DNA of 62,851 bases, counting the filler, from Vannella sp. (taxonomy: Eukaryota): the NCBI GenBank assembly GCA_023345925.1. It is 5 parts of 5 records of this genome, joined end to end, with 100 filler letters (N's around TTAATTAATTAA, not from the genome) between each part and the next. Parts side by side here need not be neighbours in the genome. Positions count along the whole stretch, not along the records: positions 29,484 to 57,464 come from JAJQQN010000083.1; 4 more parts are not named here. The stretch is one strand, 5' to 3'. Numbering within the stretch: position 1 is the stretch's first letter; the number at the start of each line of letters is the position of its first letter. The position numbers and the translations under genes are program-made. Under the pieces are notes generated by a model, which was not told the DNA's origin, did no database searches, and saw only the letters and a program-made list of their open reading frames with translations. Below, in pieces: positions 31,852 through 45,800 of this stretch.

Positions 31852-32735
31852 TTAATAGATGTAGTGAGGCTTTCCCATTGAGGTCTTGATGACTAGGGTG
31901 CGCACATTCTGCCAGTGCTTCTTGAGGAGAGAAACCAAGAAGTTGATGGAGATGGTGAGGTTCTGTTGGATCTCATCAGGGGTCTGAGAGACGTTGGCAA
32001 CAGCAACACCGAGGCAGAGAACCTTCTTCATCTGGAACTTGACAGTGGAGCGGATCTCGAAAAGCTTGGCCTCCATAGACTCGTTGTGGGTCAACAGAGT
32101 GGGGAATTTACCAGCCTTGTTCAATCCGGGGCCGAGGAGACGGGGGATCAGACGGATGATAGACTCAGAGGCGAGGAAAGCATCGTATTGAGCAGCTAAC
32201 GAGAGGGTCAGTATGAGCATGAGTGGAAGTGATAGAAAATGGTGGGTTTGTCAGGAGTTACAAAGATTATCTTCAACGAGTCACTTCAGAAGAGGTGTCA
32301 GGTTTGTTTTCATCAAGAAACCGCACCATTTGATAAGGAAACAATGAACATGAAAACTTACCCAACTTCTTGACCATCTTCTTGTTTCGCTTGAAGGTTC
32401 CGAGGAGTTCAGCGTCCTTGTAGTCAATGCCGAGAGCCTTGGCTTCGTCACAGTGGATATCGTCACCCAAAACGCAGAATCGCATCTTGTTCTTGCAAGG
32501 AGCAGGCAACTTGATGGTTCCAGAGAAACGCTTATCACGTTGGGGATCGTAGTTCTTGAGGCCAACTTGGAGTTCGATGGTCTCGACGAAAGCCCTCTTC
32601 TTATCGACAAGGGCGACTTGAAGCATCTTATCGATGGTTTCACGGAGTTCCTGGGAGTTGATCTTGCTGGAAAGCGAACCGATCACATTAGTTTCGTTGT
32701 TCCGCAGAGTGAACTAGCACGGAGACGAACCTCAT
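31852..32735 (-). CDS. RPL10A: 60S ribosomal protein L10a (uL1), 2 introns
   Basis: [52 protein letters not shown]; 166-nt intron 32361-32196. Confidence 0.98.
32237..32331 (-). ncRNA. Intronic box C/D snoRNA, U60/snR48-like LSU rRNA guide
   Basis: Terminal stem AAATGGTG(C)GGTTT/AAACCCACCATTT, box C TTGATGA (32316-32310), D' CTGA (32289-32286) preceded by CTGACACCTCTT, box D CTGA (32254-32251). Confidence 0.85.
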
Positions 32736-32913
32736 GGCGCTAGGTGACTGAAAAAAAGGATCCCCAAAATTTTCGGTTGAACTTTTGTCTCAAAGAAAAG
32801 ACACATTGTGACGAAAGAACTATGCTCACGCGAATTTATTTAATAAATCAAATAACAATCGTGTTGGAACCGAAAAGTAGACGGCAATTCCAAGGAGGAG
32901 GTTGCTCCTCCAC

Positions 32914-35900
32914 ATGCCCTGTCGCCTTCGTGTCAAAGTGAGGGAGGCTCGAGGCCTCCCCATTATGGACAAGGGAAGCGAATCAACTGATGCTTATGTT
33001 GAGGTGGGTGCTCGACTACTGGTCTTCGCGGCCTTCCATTCCGCTCACAATGAGGTACCCTCTCTACACTCCAGGTCAAATTTGCTTCTCTTCCTCCTCA
33101 ACGGACAAAGATCTGCAGCAAGAAGCTCAACCCAGAGTGGAGACAATCGTTTCTCTTTGAGGTAGGTGGCAGTGGCACCTTCTATCCCGCACTAACGCGA
33201 AGTGGGTACTTTAGGTCCAGAGAGATAAGCATCTCCAGGATGCCCCAGTGGAGTTCAAGTAAGCACTGTCTACATATCAAGATACAGGTCACTTACGAAG
33301 GGAGCAGAGTGTACGATCACGATGTCCTCCACGACGACATCATCGGGGGAGTTCACGTCGATCTTACTCCCCTCCTCATCGGCAAGGGGCCCACTCACAT
33401 CAGTGGATGGTTCCCTTTGTACGATAGCATACGAGGTACTAACATCTCACCATTACCTTGAGCTCTGACTCAAGAGGGCGAAGGTGTGAGAGGGGCGTTG
33501 AACATTTCGGTCAAGCTGGAGTTCGTGGACAACGAGAACAAGTTCAGAGAGATCTCTGCAGGGGTCAAGTTCTTCTCTAGTAAGTCTCACACCGTTCACA
33601 TCACACAGAAGCAAGAAAGCTCATTCAGGAGCCTTGATCAGTCAGCACGATTCTCCCAAAGTACAAAGTGAGCTCAGTGATCGGCTTTGTGGAGGAGTTG
33701 ATCGTCGAAGATGATCCAGAGTATCAGTCTTTCTCCTTTAACAAGGCCCGAACCACCAACGAGCACCGCCAGAACATCTTTTACCACATGTCGGGCAAAC
33801 TCTGCCGGAAGATTGGCATCACCGTCGAGGAGTTGGGCGGAAACGCAGTGCTGGGCTATCGCCAACACTTCGACCTTGAGGGAGAAGTAGGCAAGGGGAT
33901 CGTTGCACGTGGATACGGTACCGCCGTCTTCCTCACGCGAGACCTAAGCGAGAAGGCTTCGTACCAAGGCGATTCAGTGACACCCAAGAAGGCGGAGATT
34001 TTAGTGCGTTACCGTCTCATCCATCTCTCCTCGGTTGCTGATGTATTGACGTAGACTGTCTCCATCTCTCCTCGGTCTGAGATGTCCCATCTCAAGCTGC
34101 CCATTAGTTTTTCGTCTCAGCCGCATCTGCTTTCGATGAAGGCCATCCCAGCCATGTTTGAAGTTCATCTCGGAGGAATGGTCGCTGTAAGGAGCTTGTG
34201 CTTGCACTTATCATGTCCTCATTCGCTTGGGAAGGCTCGCTCGGTTAAGATATTGAAGAAAACGCACCGGCGTCGGAATCGAGACAAGTGGTGGGCGACG
34301 ATTCGTGGGGAAATACGAAGTCACGCTGCTGCTCTTCGTTGTAACGTTGTTTTTGGTTACTCGGAGCACACAACGATTGAGGAAGGTTCGTTCAGCGTCC
34401 TACTGTTGATTGCTACTGACTCCCTGTAGATGTCGTTATCATGTCGGCTTATGGTACCGCTTGTCTTGTACTTACTGACGAAGAAGCGGCTGAGAAAAAG
34501 AGAAGGCGAAGGCGGAAAGGCAAAAAAAAGAAAGATAAGCGCTGCACGAATGCCTCTTGCCATGTTCCATTTGATAAGTCATCCATTCCAACCTCAGTGT
34601 CCTTGAGGCCGTGTCGAGTGTGTCGCCAAGCCTACGTTGGAGAATTGATTTTGGCGACAATTGAGCCTTGTCAAAACTTGACTATGGCCAACACCGGGCA
34701 CGTTATCCAATCTCGCGTTTGCTGCAAGTACAAGACTGGAGAGGGGAAGGAAGGGAACGCCTTGCTGATCAGTGAAGCAATACCTTTCTTGGATTATGAC
34801 ATGCACCAGCAGCTTATGTACAAAATGAAAATATGCGGTGCTAATGCCATCTTTGGTCTGCACATGCAGATCAATCTTGGAGCTGGCATGATTACAGCTG
34901 TTGCTACAGGGACAGCAGTGTCTCTTCATGGACTCCCTGTAGCTGCCACAATACCACCAACTGAAGACGATCCTCCGTTTATCAAGGAGTACCACGCGCG
35001 CAGGGAGGCAATGGTTAGTTTATCCAATTTGGCTTTTCTTTCTCTCATAACGCTCCCAAAGCTCTTCTTAGAGCACACAGATGATGAGTCAGAAGAGCTC
35101 ATCGATGAAAGTTCTGGTGAAGAGGATCCAAAGTCAGTTTGCCGCTATCATATCCTTCAGAGAGGCTCCTAACCTTTGAGTAGCACTTCTGACAACACAT
35201 CGGACTCGAACAAGTACTATGTGAATGTAGGTCATCAATTCCAATTCTTTGGAGCATCGACAGCTAACTTTGCTTTAGATGGAGGATGCACCGCAAGCGT
35301 CGAACATGAAGGCGTTAGTCGATCCGCTTCTTCCCTCAGGAATGCAGTTTTGCACAACCCAACGGGTGCCAACACAAGCTATTGAGGTCATCCGGTCTCG
35401 TATGATTGTTTCCTTTGTCAGAATGAGTTGGAGCCCCCCTTCTGACGGGACGAACGAGCAGTTGTCCCTTTTGTTTCAGCAGAATTACCGCAAGATTATC
35501 TTCGAGGTGAGTCTAGTTTTGATTCCTGCACATCCTCTCACTGAAGCAGCTCTGTAATTCCCTTCCGTGTTCCCTCTGTGGGCTTCATTTCCTCATTGGA
35601 CTTCCGGACGAAAACGAAATCGACTTTTTGATTACAGGAATGGCACAAGAGACCAGCAATGAGCCCCAAGAAGACACAGACTATGACATCACCGCTTCTT
35701 TATCCAGCAGCTTCCCCGAACCAGATACTTTGCTTTTCCCATTGGATGGGTTACCCGATGTTGACCTAGCTAAGCGGAATAAGTCAGAGCCCCATGGACG
35801 CTTGCAGTTATCAGTCAGCACAGCGAGTGGAAAGTCAGGTGTTGGTGGATCAGCCGACGATGTCATTGTGACGAACTTGGATTATATCCCGGGAGCGAAG

Positions 35901-36203
35901 ATCAATCGGTTCCTCGGACGCGTTTCGCATCACTTAATCCGAGAAGAGAAAGACTCAAAGGCTCAAGCAGAAGGAGCAGGAACTTCTGGAAGCTACAATC
36001 GGCTAGGCAACCTTGCAAGCGTTTTCTTAAGAGAAGCGATCAGCGTTGCACGCGCTCACACCACTGCCATTGGAGGAGAGGCGCTCATTGGCTTCAGTAT
36101 CGACAGTTTCTCCCTCGTTGCTGTCCAAGGACACACAGGATACTGTCTTATCAGCTTTAGTGGGGACGCAGTCTCTCTACGACGTCCTAAGGTCCCCAAA
36201 TGA
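32914..36203 (+). CDS. C2CD5: C2 domain-containing protein 5 (C2 + YbjQ-like repeats), many short introns
   Basis: MPCRLRVKVREARGLPIMDK..STDAYVE, ISGWFPLYD, GFVEELIVEDDPEY, LGGNAVLGYRQHFDLEGE. Confidence 0.9.
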
Positions 36204-36244
36204 AGGGAGTGAACAAAGGAAACCATCTAACTGTATTTCAGCTA

Positions 36245-38265
36245 TCATTTCCACATCCAAGGAGGTGGGCTACGAGCAGAGAAGCGTTCTGGGTGAGCAT
36301 GAAGATACGGGAGGATAACTTGGGGATTGGGGTGAGTGTTGGGCTCTGAAGGCAAATGGAGAATGCCAATTTCGAAGTGCCTTATCATCAGCTGCTGTCC
36401 ACCTTGCTGTAAAGCTCCCCAAGCAGCCTTAGACATGTTTGCAGATGTGAGCATGAACCATTCCAGACCAGTTCCTCCACTGGAGCGAAAGTATGACTTG
36501 ATGTGGGGAGGGATTCGGGGGCGGTGAGGAGCGGCCTCATAAAGGCAAAAGTACTGCTGCAGGAAAGGCTTTTTGATCCAATTTGTCGCTGGAAGACACA
36601 AAGACGACCCCGCTCCCACTCCATCCACACATTCGGCTACAAAAGAAGCGGAAGGCCAAATGATTTTGAGGCTTTTTGGCGTTCCTCCAAAACTCTTCAC
36701 CCATTCGGTTTCCAGCCAGTCCTGCGTCAGAGATCCTAAAGAAGAGAACTGTCACGATATTAGTAAGAGTGTCTTTGGTGACAGAAACTCACTTGGGCAA
36801 TCAACGGGGCAGATGAGGCAGGAAGGGCTGAAAGATACTTTCTGACTTTCATGTGACCATAAAGGTGCATACTTTCTCCCTTATGGTAGCCAGGGACAGA
36901 AGTGATCAAAATATCATTGGTTGTAGAGAAATCAAAGCTACGGAGATCCTTTGCAGCGTCTTTCAGCCCTTGCCTTCTGAGATAGTCAAGGAAGGTGTAC
37001 TCAAAGTCACATCCATCCTCTTCCTCATTTGCCTTTGGGAAGAACTCTTTCATCCAGATCCCCTTTTGGACCAGTTAGAAAGAGAAAAGGGATCTGGGAG
37101 CAAAGTGACCTGAGTTTTGCGTTCAAAGTCCACTTTGAGGAGGTTGGAGGTCGTGATAGCAACTCTAATTCGATCTGGATACCAAAGAATGATAACTTTA
37201 CCGTGATTGCAGCCGTAGGAGATGGGCATGGGCACTTGTTGAATGTGCATTTCTGCCGGAACTTCGACATCGTACATCTGGCATACGTTAGGCACTCCTT
37301 TCCCAATACAAATCGCATACAATGAGTTGATCTCCATGATGAATTCGGCAGGGAATGGTGAACAGGACTGGAACGGCTTCCAGGAGCCAGTCGACATCGA
37401 CCATGTAAGTGCATAGAACCGCGCGTTGCACATTCCCCTGCTATTTGGTTACCTCAGAGAGCACCATCACAGCTGTTTCCCTCACCTCGATGATGTCAGC
37501 TAGGCCCAACGCGCCCTGGTTGTGTGAACAAATGGGAATTGTGTTGGAGTAGAACTCTCCGGCGGAGAGTTTGAGTGGTTCACTTGTACTGGATTCGGCC
37601 TTACTCTGTTGTACTCGCAGATAATGGTTAACGGCCTCTTCAACACTGCCAAAGTGCGAGAGAGCCGCGTAAGCCTTCTCGGGTGTGCAGCCAGTCACTT
37701 CAACAAGCTGTTGAATCTGCAGATTTGTAGCCGAAAGGAACAATACAGGAGCACTGGGTGCTCTCCTTTGCGCCTGAGGAGACCTTTGTGCCTGAAGGGA
37801 GGGAAGGAAAGAGAAGGCGTCGCTTGTTTGAGAGTCTGGCGAGGTCAGATCGATGATTCCTGCTGTTGTTCTTCGTTTAAGACCTGGAGAAGGAGCAACC
37901 CACTCCACAAAGTAAGGGAAGCTGTTGCCTGGCAAGAGAAAAAGCACGTCGCCGCCCTTGACTTCCGTAGGAACCTCCTGAAGGGGCAGCTCCTCACCAG
38001 AGCGCTTGATCCAACCTGCGTGCTTCCCTAACTATGTAACAAACATGTCAGAAGCCGCCACTCAGCCCTACAGAGCCCTTACACTAGTTACGAACAGTCC
38101 ATCTCGGCCCTCATGGTTGAAGGACACCAGCCAGTGCTGTCTGCTCACTCTCTTCTCCTTTGGCAGCTCAAAGTGCTCCCTCCCAATCACCACAGAAGCC
38201 CCCAAAGGCACTCTCACGCGTGCTCGGGTCTTATTCCCGACCGGCCGAAGGAGAACGGCTTCCAT
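36245..38265 (-). CDS. TDP1: Tyrosyl-DNA phosphodiesterase 1 with N-terminal FHA-like and UBA-like domains, several introns
   Basis: YGCNHGK, ITTSNL, LITSVPGYH, PHIKSY, LTSANMSKAAWG; IGR..VSRQH (FHA-like). Confidence 0.9.
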
Positions 38266-38371
38266 CAGAATGGGCCGCTTTCCCTCCCCAGGACTCCTCC
38301 CTCTCCCAAACCTTCCTTACGGTCTTCTAATCCTCCTAACGGTCCTCCACACCTCCTTACGGACCGTTTAG

Positions 38372-39605
38372 ATGAGGGTTCAACCGTTTTCGGGAAAGCC
38401 AGGAGGCCCTCAACGGACGCCTCGTTCAGCCAGCCTTCTGGTGCCCTTGATAGACACTTGGGTTCCAGGTGGAGGTGGGAACGGGTTCATTGGGATGAGG
38501 GGACGGGGAAGGGGGTGGGTGGCATGCCGATGGCTTTTTTGGTTGATGATGGTCTCTAGTGCACTCGTGTTGGGGTTCTCTGTAGTCTGGCAGTCGTATA
38601 CGGTGTTGGAGTTACCTAGACCAGGCATGAGGAGGAGTGGGGTACCAGAGGAAGTGATTTGGCGCCCTTTTGAGGAGTCGAAGTGCGTTTTCACGCAGAG
38701 TGACTTGGAGAAACGCCTTGTCCACAGCTTCAACGCGAGAATGGGACAGAATGTGTCTTTTGCCGATCTGATTCAGCGCGGAGTGCTCTATCCTGCCGAA
38801 CGGAAGCTTCTTCGGCTCCCTCGACCTCTCGTTTGGATCCACATCCCCAAGACAGCCGGTTTATCCCTCTCTACCGCATTCGAAGATGCCACACCTCGCT
38901 TCATGCACACTTGGGACACCCTTACGCCCATGGAGAGGGCGTACGCCTTGGACATGGACATCCTCATGGGCCATTTCCTTTACGGCACGGGAGAGCTCTA
39001 CGAACACATCAATCGATGTCCGTACGCCTACGGGACGTTCATGCGTGACCCAGTAGAGCGGGTGATCTCTCACTACTGGTTCTACATCCAAGATGTGAAC
39101 GATCCCCTCCACGGAGAGGCTGTAGCACACCCTTTTGAAGAGTGGTTAGAGATCAGTGTGACTGCCAACAACAGGCAGACCCAGTTCCTCAGTGGGGCAT
39201 GCACAGTCCAAGTATCTCAAGTCAGTCAAGTCACTTTTTTCTTCTTCCCCGCCCTGGGACTGACAAGAAGCTATCTAGGAGATGTTTGAAGAGGCTAAGA
39301 AGAACTTGAACAGCATGGCCTTTGTGGGCATCACAGAGAGATGGGAGGAAAGCGTCCAGATGATATCTGCCTTCTTGGGAATAGAAATGGACCGTTCCAT
39401 CCGCCACAATGTCGGTGTCCTCCGATGGGAGCACCAAGAAGTAAGAATCCTCCACTCCTCAGCCATATCTAACTCCATAGACCCTCAGTTCTCTCCCAGA
39501 GTCCGCCAACTCATCGCTGAACGCAATTCATTCGACATTGCCCTTTATCAATTAGCCCAAGAGAAGTTCGCAGTCCAAGCTGCCCTCGCAGGAATACCCC
39601 TCTAA
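38372..39605 (+). CDS. Golgi-type membrane-anchored sulfotransferase
   Basis: N-terminal TM; HIPKTAG (5'-PSB), RDPVERVISHY (3'-PB), AKKNL..FVGITE, NSFDIALY. Confidence 0.85.
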
Positions 39606-39821
39606 CACCCACACTCCCCATCCACCACACAAACAGACCAAAAGACCTTCCTAATCTCTAAAAGAGAGAAACGAATCTCCAAGTCATCAAAACTCCCTTT
39701 CCCGCCAATTAAGCATTCCGCCCTTCAAAAATCGCCTTTCAAACGCATATTGGGAAGGATAAAAGGGATATTTATGCATGCTTCCCTGTTTTGGCCATTT
39801 TTTACTGGTCGGGGGAGCGTG

Positions 39822-42800
39822 ATGGGGCTTCTGGACGCTGAGGCTGATGCTGGGCAGACGGTATGAGGGATTGGTGTTTGGTGGAGGTGAGGAGGTGACC
39901 AGGTGCACAGACAGATCTGGTTGCGACTATCCAGGATATCTTGAGGGGCTATCAGGGGACGAACTCCGTTTTCCTCGAGATGCTCCAGAATGCAGAGGAT
40001 GCGAAGGCATCTCGGGTTGTCTTTCTCTTAGACGGGAACACATACCCTTCTTCAGAGTAAGGAGAGACACGCACATGCGTTACAGAAGTTCTGATCTCCC
40101 CTTCAGTGCGGAGCCTCTCTTGAACAGCTATCAAGGGCCCTCTCTGGTCGTATTCAACAACAGCATCTTCACGAAAGAGGACAAGTCCAACATCCTCCGG
40201 ATCTCAAACAGCGCCAAGGCGAAGGACCTTAACAGTGTAGGCCGGTTCGGTCGAGGCTTCAATTGCTCTTACTACGTTACTGGTGCGCTCTCCTGCTTCC
40301 TTGATCCATCTAACAGAGTCCTCAGATGTACCCCAGCTCCTCTCTACTGGTTCATTATTCCTCTTTGATCCACTCGGCCAACTGGGGCGTTCTCCGGGCA
40401 CTTGTGTGAGCTTAACACCCCAGAAGGCCAAGGCCTATGCACCATATCTCAAGGGCTTCCATTGTGATCTATGGGGAGCTGGTCCTGCTGAAGAGCTCAA
40501 CGCCACCATCTTTCGGTTGCCTCTCCGAGGAACTGTCTCAAAACCAGTCATCTTCGATGAGGCATTCTCTTACGAGAAGATGTATGAAGTTGTCGTTTCT
40601 TTCCTCGAGCAGGCGAGAAAGCTTCCGCTTTTCCTCTCTCATGTGGAAGAAATTGAGTTTCTTGTGCTGCCCTTTGGGCAAACAGAACCTCAAAGGCTTG
40701 TCCGCGTTCGCAAAGAGCTGGAATCTTCTGGAAGCATTCTCTTTCCTGAGTTTCAAGCCGAAGTCTCCAGGTTTTCTGAGGCCTTAAGCAGTGGAACGGA
40801 GGAGTCTCAAGAGGATTTGCAATGGGAAGGAGTTGCGCGCATTCTTCTTGAGACACAGGAGACGACAGAAGGCGCTGCAGAACCTGAGACTTACGAATAC
40901 CGAATTCTACGGAAGTTATTGCGTTCAGAAGATACCATTACATTCCTGAGAGGGAACAAGACCTTGTTTCTGCCCCTACTTGGAGTCGCCATTCCACTGA
41001 TACCAACAGAAAATGATCCGGAGGAATCTGAGGACACTTCCTTGTTCTGTTTGGAAAAGTACAGAGGGTCAGCATTCTGCTGCTTGCCACTTCCGATTCC
41101 CACAGGATTGCTAGCAGAAGTTGATGCCCGGTTTGAGCTGACCTCAGATAGAGGGAGGCTTATTCCAGACTGCGAGTGGAATGACTTTCTGTTTGAAGCA
41201 ATTGCTTCAAGTTTTTGCGGGATGGTTTGCTCGCTCCCGTTGGGTACTGCACTTGGTGACTACATTCCACACTACAATGAGACTCCTTTTGCATCTTGCT
41301 CCATCTCAATAATCAACTGTCTTGTGGAGCAGCTGCAGTTAGAGGAGAAGGCCATCATTTTCCCAGAACGCAACCTTCCAGAAGATCTCCGATTCCTTTT
41401 GGAAAGGAAGGGGATCAGTTTCTTTGATTTGAGCGAGGTTCAATATCGCCATGTCCAGCAACTCCTTCCTAGGATTTCTCTGACTCCATTCACACCATCA
41501 TATTGCCGGGCTACCATTCTGAAGTTGAAGTTGGAGTCTTTTGATCGAGAGGAATGCCTCCAAGCATTGCCTTTCTGTCTAGAAGGATCTCGTATGGGAG
41601 ATTTACAGGGCTTACCAATCTTGCCACTCTTAGGAGGCAGAGTCGGATGCATTGATGATCGATCAGTTTTTCGCCTTGAAGAGTGCCACAGGGGTATGGC
41701 GTCTATTCTATCCGGAATTATCGATCTGGTTGATGAAGAGTACCTATCTGCTCGCCTCTCGCCACCAGACTTTGAAACAATTCACTCAACAATCAAAAAC
41801 CTTCCTAATGACACCCTGGCAAAGGTACTCTCTCGTCAGCAATGGAGTAGTCTCGAAGCAAACCGCATTCTTGCTTTTGTGGCAACTCTCCAGGACAAGG
41901 AGGTCCAACTATTCAAGCATTTACCCATTATAGAGACTCAATGTGGCCGATTCTGTGACCTTACTGAGCGTCGAGTTATCAGAAGTTCCGGCTGGAGGGA
42001 GGAGCTAAAAATTGCGGCCCGCGATTGCGGATTCTTGCTAGCAAAAGACGATCACACGACAGAGAGATTCACTTATCCACCAACGCCAAAAGGCTTCCTA
42101 CAGGCCTTACTGACGATTAAGGACATCGGACAGCTTGACCAAACTTCTTTTGCTTATCTAGCCAGCTGCCCTTGCCCCTCCGATCTTGTTGCGAAGGTCC
42201 GGTTACTTCCATTATTCCACTTTGGGTCAGAATCTCAAAGAAGGGTTCCCCTTTCTCTCAATAGCAGGCCAAAGCGGTATATTTCCGAAGCTCACGATTC
42301 GGGTTATTTGGACGAAGACACAATAAGGTTTGAGTTCTCTGCTTCATCAGAGGCTTTCCTTAGCAGCCTTGGACTCGAGAAATTCCCTCTGGTTGACTAT
42401 CTCATCCATTTTTATCTTCCAAAGGCCAAAGAGGGACCCGTTTACGAGACAGCTGTTGCTCAAGTACTAGATAATCTGACTCATTCCAGGACACAATTAC
42501 TACGGGCTATACCCTTCCTAGCCAATCAAGTTGGAACTCTTTGCCTAGTCCAGGACCTTCTTTGGCCAAAAGATATCGAAATGTTCGGCAAAGAAAAGGA
42601 GTATCTGCCTCACAACCTATCCCCAAAGCGGGGTGAAACTCTCAAACAACTTGGCATTCGCGAGGAGGCATCTTTGCCGGAGTTAGTCGGCTTGGTCCAA
42701 GAGGTCGAGTTATCCCAAAACATAGCACAGGGCAAAGCTATCCTCGCCTATTTACTCCAAAAGAGTACGTCAGATTCTGCAGCAGAGGAATTAAATTCGA

Positions 42801-45800
42801 CTGAGATAATTTCTGCCACAAAGTGGATACCAATAACTTGCGACCTCACCACGAAGTTCTATTCTCCACTTGAACTGATCTCTCAAGAGCATGAAAAACT
42901 TGCATCAATGGTGTTCACAACCTTTCCAGATTCCCAGAAGCTCTCGCAAAGTCAAAAGTCGGTCATCTGTCGAGCCCATGTTGAGTTATCTACATTGGTA
43001 GAGCAGTCAAGATTGCTGAACGAGGATTGCGAGAGAGGAAGTGAAGAACTTACGGAAAGAGCACTCCAATTGCTAGAAGAGGGACACAGTTTGGGATCAA
43101 CTGAGCTCCTTCTTTGGTCTCCTAGAAGCAAATCATTTTATCCTGCCTCACACTGGAGTTTTGAGCAATTTACTAGCAACGACTATCTCCCTAAAATTCC
43201 TGAGCGCTATCTCCAATACAGTCAAGGCCTCAGGCAAGCAGGAGTCAAGGAGAACTATTCCTTTGAAGATCTCGTGAAGTTGCTTAACTCTCTCAAAGGC
43301 TCTGTAGCTCGTGACTCCAATCTGACCTTTATCATCAATCTTCTTACTACACTTGTGGGCCGCGAAGCATATTCTGATTATGAGGGAACATTTGTCGTTC
43401 CTAACACGGATGGACTGTTAGTTAACGCCACAGAGGTTACTTTCAACGATATGCCTTTAGAATACCACATTGATGGTGATGGTGTATCCTTGACCCACCC
43501 CCTTATTACTTTGCATTTGGCAAGCCTCCTCAAAGTTCAGCTTGAGAAAACCAAATTCATTCGCAAAAATAAGAGAACTCAGCCATCCTTTGGACAGAAG
43601 ACTCAATCATTGATAGACCAACTCAAATCCATTGTGAAATCAGTCTACACCCTCGGTGATCCTCTCTTCTACGAGCTCATCCAGAATGCTGACGACGCTG
43701 AGGCGACGGAAATTACTTTTTTGCTGTCTGACAAAGAGTATCCATCGGACTCGTTGGTAGATACTTCTCTTTCAGACACCCAAGGACCTGCCTTGTTGTG
43801 TTGCAACGATCGAGTATTCAGCGACGCAGATTACGAAGGAATCCAGCAACTTGGGCATGGTTCCAAGCAGAATGACAAATCGAAAACGGGTAACTTTGGA
43901 ATGGGTTGGAACGTTGTTTACCATTTGACTGATCACCCAAGCTTTGTGAGTGGCGAGTATTGGACATTAATGGATCCTCACGCTCGACTTGAAGTCGATC
44001 CGGGGCAAGTTGGGTTGCAAATCCCTCTGAAAACAATTGTTCGCAATTTCCCTGACCAGCTCGAGCCTTTCATTGATTCATTCCCTCAAATGTTCTCTCA
44101 AGATCGCTCAGAGTGCACTGGAACTATCTTCCGCTTTCCTCTCCGAAAGAAGGGCAATCGCAGCCAAATTACCTCCACAGTTATCGAACCAATCAGGCTC
44201 GAGAGCTTGATGCAATCCTTCTGGCAAGAAAGGCAGTTCGCACTACTGTTCGTTAAGAAGCTTCAATCGTGTCTTTTCATTGACCGAGATGGAGAACGAG
44301 TTTCTCTTCACATTCAAGGTCAATCAGACCAGGGTGATAACGCACTTTGTCTCTATGATTCAATCGCATTGGGAAAGTTTCCAGATCCTCACTTTACAAG
44401 AAGTACACGCTCGATTACATTGTTTCAGGGGAAGGAAATGACATCCACGATTAAGTTTGTAATTCTTAGTGGCACTGCGAGAGAGGAGGATCAAGACCGT
44501 ATCCGCCACTTCATGGAACAGAACAATGAGCTGAAGATCCTTCCGTACGCGGCAGTAGCAATGATGCTTGATGAAGAGCAACCAATGACTGCACCAGACT
44601 ATCCTCTTTTCTGCACTCTCCCTTTGAGCATGAAGCCTCTTTCATTGCCGATGCTCATCAACGCGCGGGTAATTCCGACATCGGATCGTCGAGGGATCCA
44701 GATCCAACGTGCTGGAGAGACTCAATCTGCTGGTGAGTGGAACGAACTCATCCTTGAGTTTATAGTTGCTCCACTCTACGCAAAAATGCTGGCTTATGCA
44801 CAAGAGCTTGCTGTCTGTGACTCTGAGAGCGTTTACAAGCTTTGGCCACTCACCTCAAAAGACTCACTGATTGACGAGTATCTATGTAGGAAGGTCATTG
44901 ATATCCACATTCAGCAACCAAGTATAATGGCAGCTGAATCACCTTTCTGGTTCCCTTTGAAAGAGATTCTTTTCCCCGAGATGGAGTCGGATACGGTGAA
45001 GGAATTTATTGCAGAAACACTGGGCCTTCAAGTTGCAGTAGGTGTGGAACAATTAGAAACTATCAAACAATCCAACCTATTTCCTGTGTGCTCCTGCAAT
45101 GCAGAATTGACTTTAAAAGCCATAGAGAAAAGCCTCTTAGAAGACCAAATACGCGACCGATCAACTGTATCTGCCCTTCTCAATCATCTTGTGCCACTTC
45201 TGCAGAAGGATTCAATCCAAAAGCTATACGGTTTCCGAATCATTCCAACCCTTGATGAAGAGTATCAGTTGGAGACCCTTGATACAATTGACTCGCAAAA
45301 GCGGCTTTTTTTAGTGACAAAGTCACAGTCCATGCTAATACCATCTATTTGGAGGCAGCTTGTCCTCGAAGACAAGTGGACAAAGCTACTCCCTGGATCC
45401 ACGAATTTGCAGCCCATTCGAAGCGTGAAGCTGATCGATGCTTTGATGGATCAAACACTCTCTGAAGAACAGCTCGAACACCTTTGGCAGTATTTGCGAG
45501 AGGAGGAGAAAGATGCAGATCTGTCCCTTTGGGGGGAACTACCAATGGTCCCGATTGTGGGCCCTACGAAAATGAACCTCTGTTGCTTGAAGGACGAGGT
45601 CTTCGCTCCCTCAAGGAAAACTGAGAATGCTCTGCCGATTCTCTCGAAGCTTGGAATTCGGGTGTTCGACAACAGATTTGAAGGAACAGTTTTTCATCCT
45701 CAGCTGAATATGCGCCTCAAACAATTAGAGTTGGAAGACATTGTTGGAGCAGTGAAACCGAAGGACATCCTTGGGCTTAGTTCCAACGAGGTCGCTATCT

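Noticed and set aside
32914..38265. Apparent frameshifted pseudogenes or programmed frameshifting (fragmented C2CD5, TDP1 and others)
   Set aside because: The breaks examined are explained by short GT-AG introns with branch-point-like motifs
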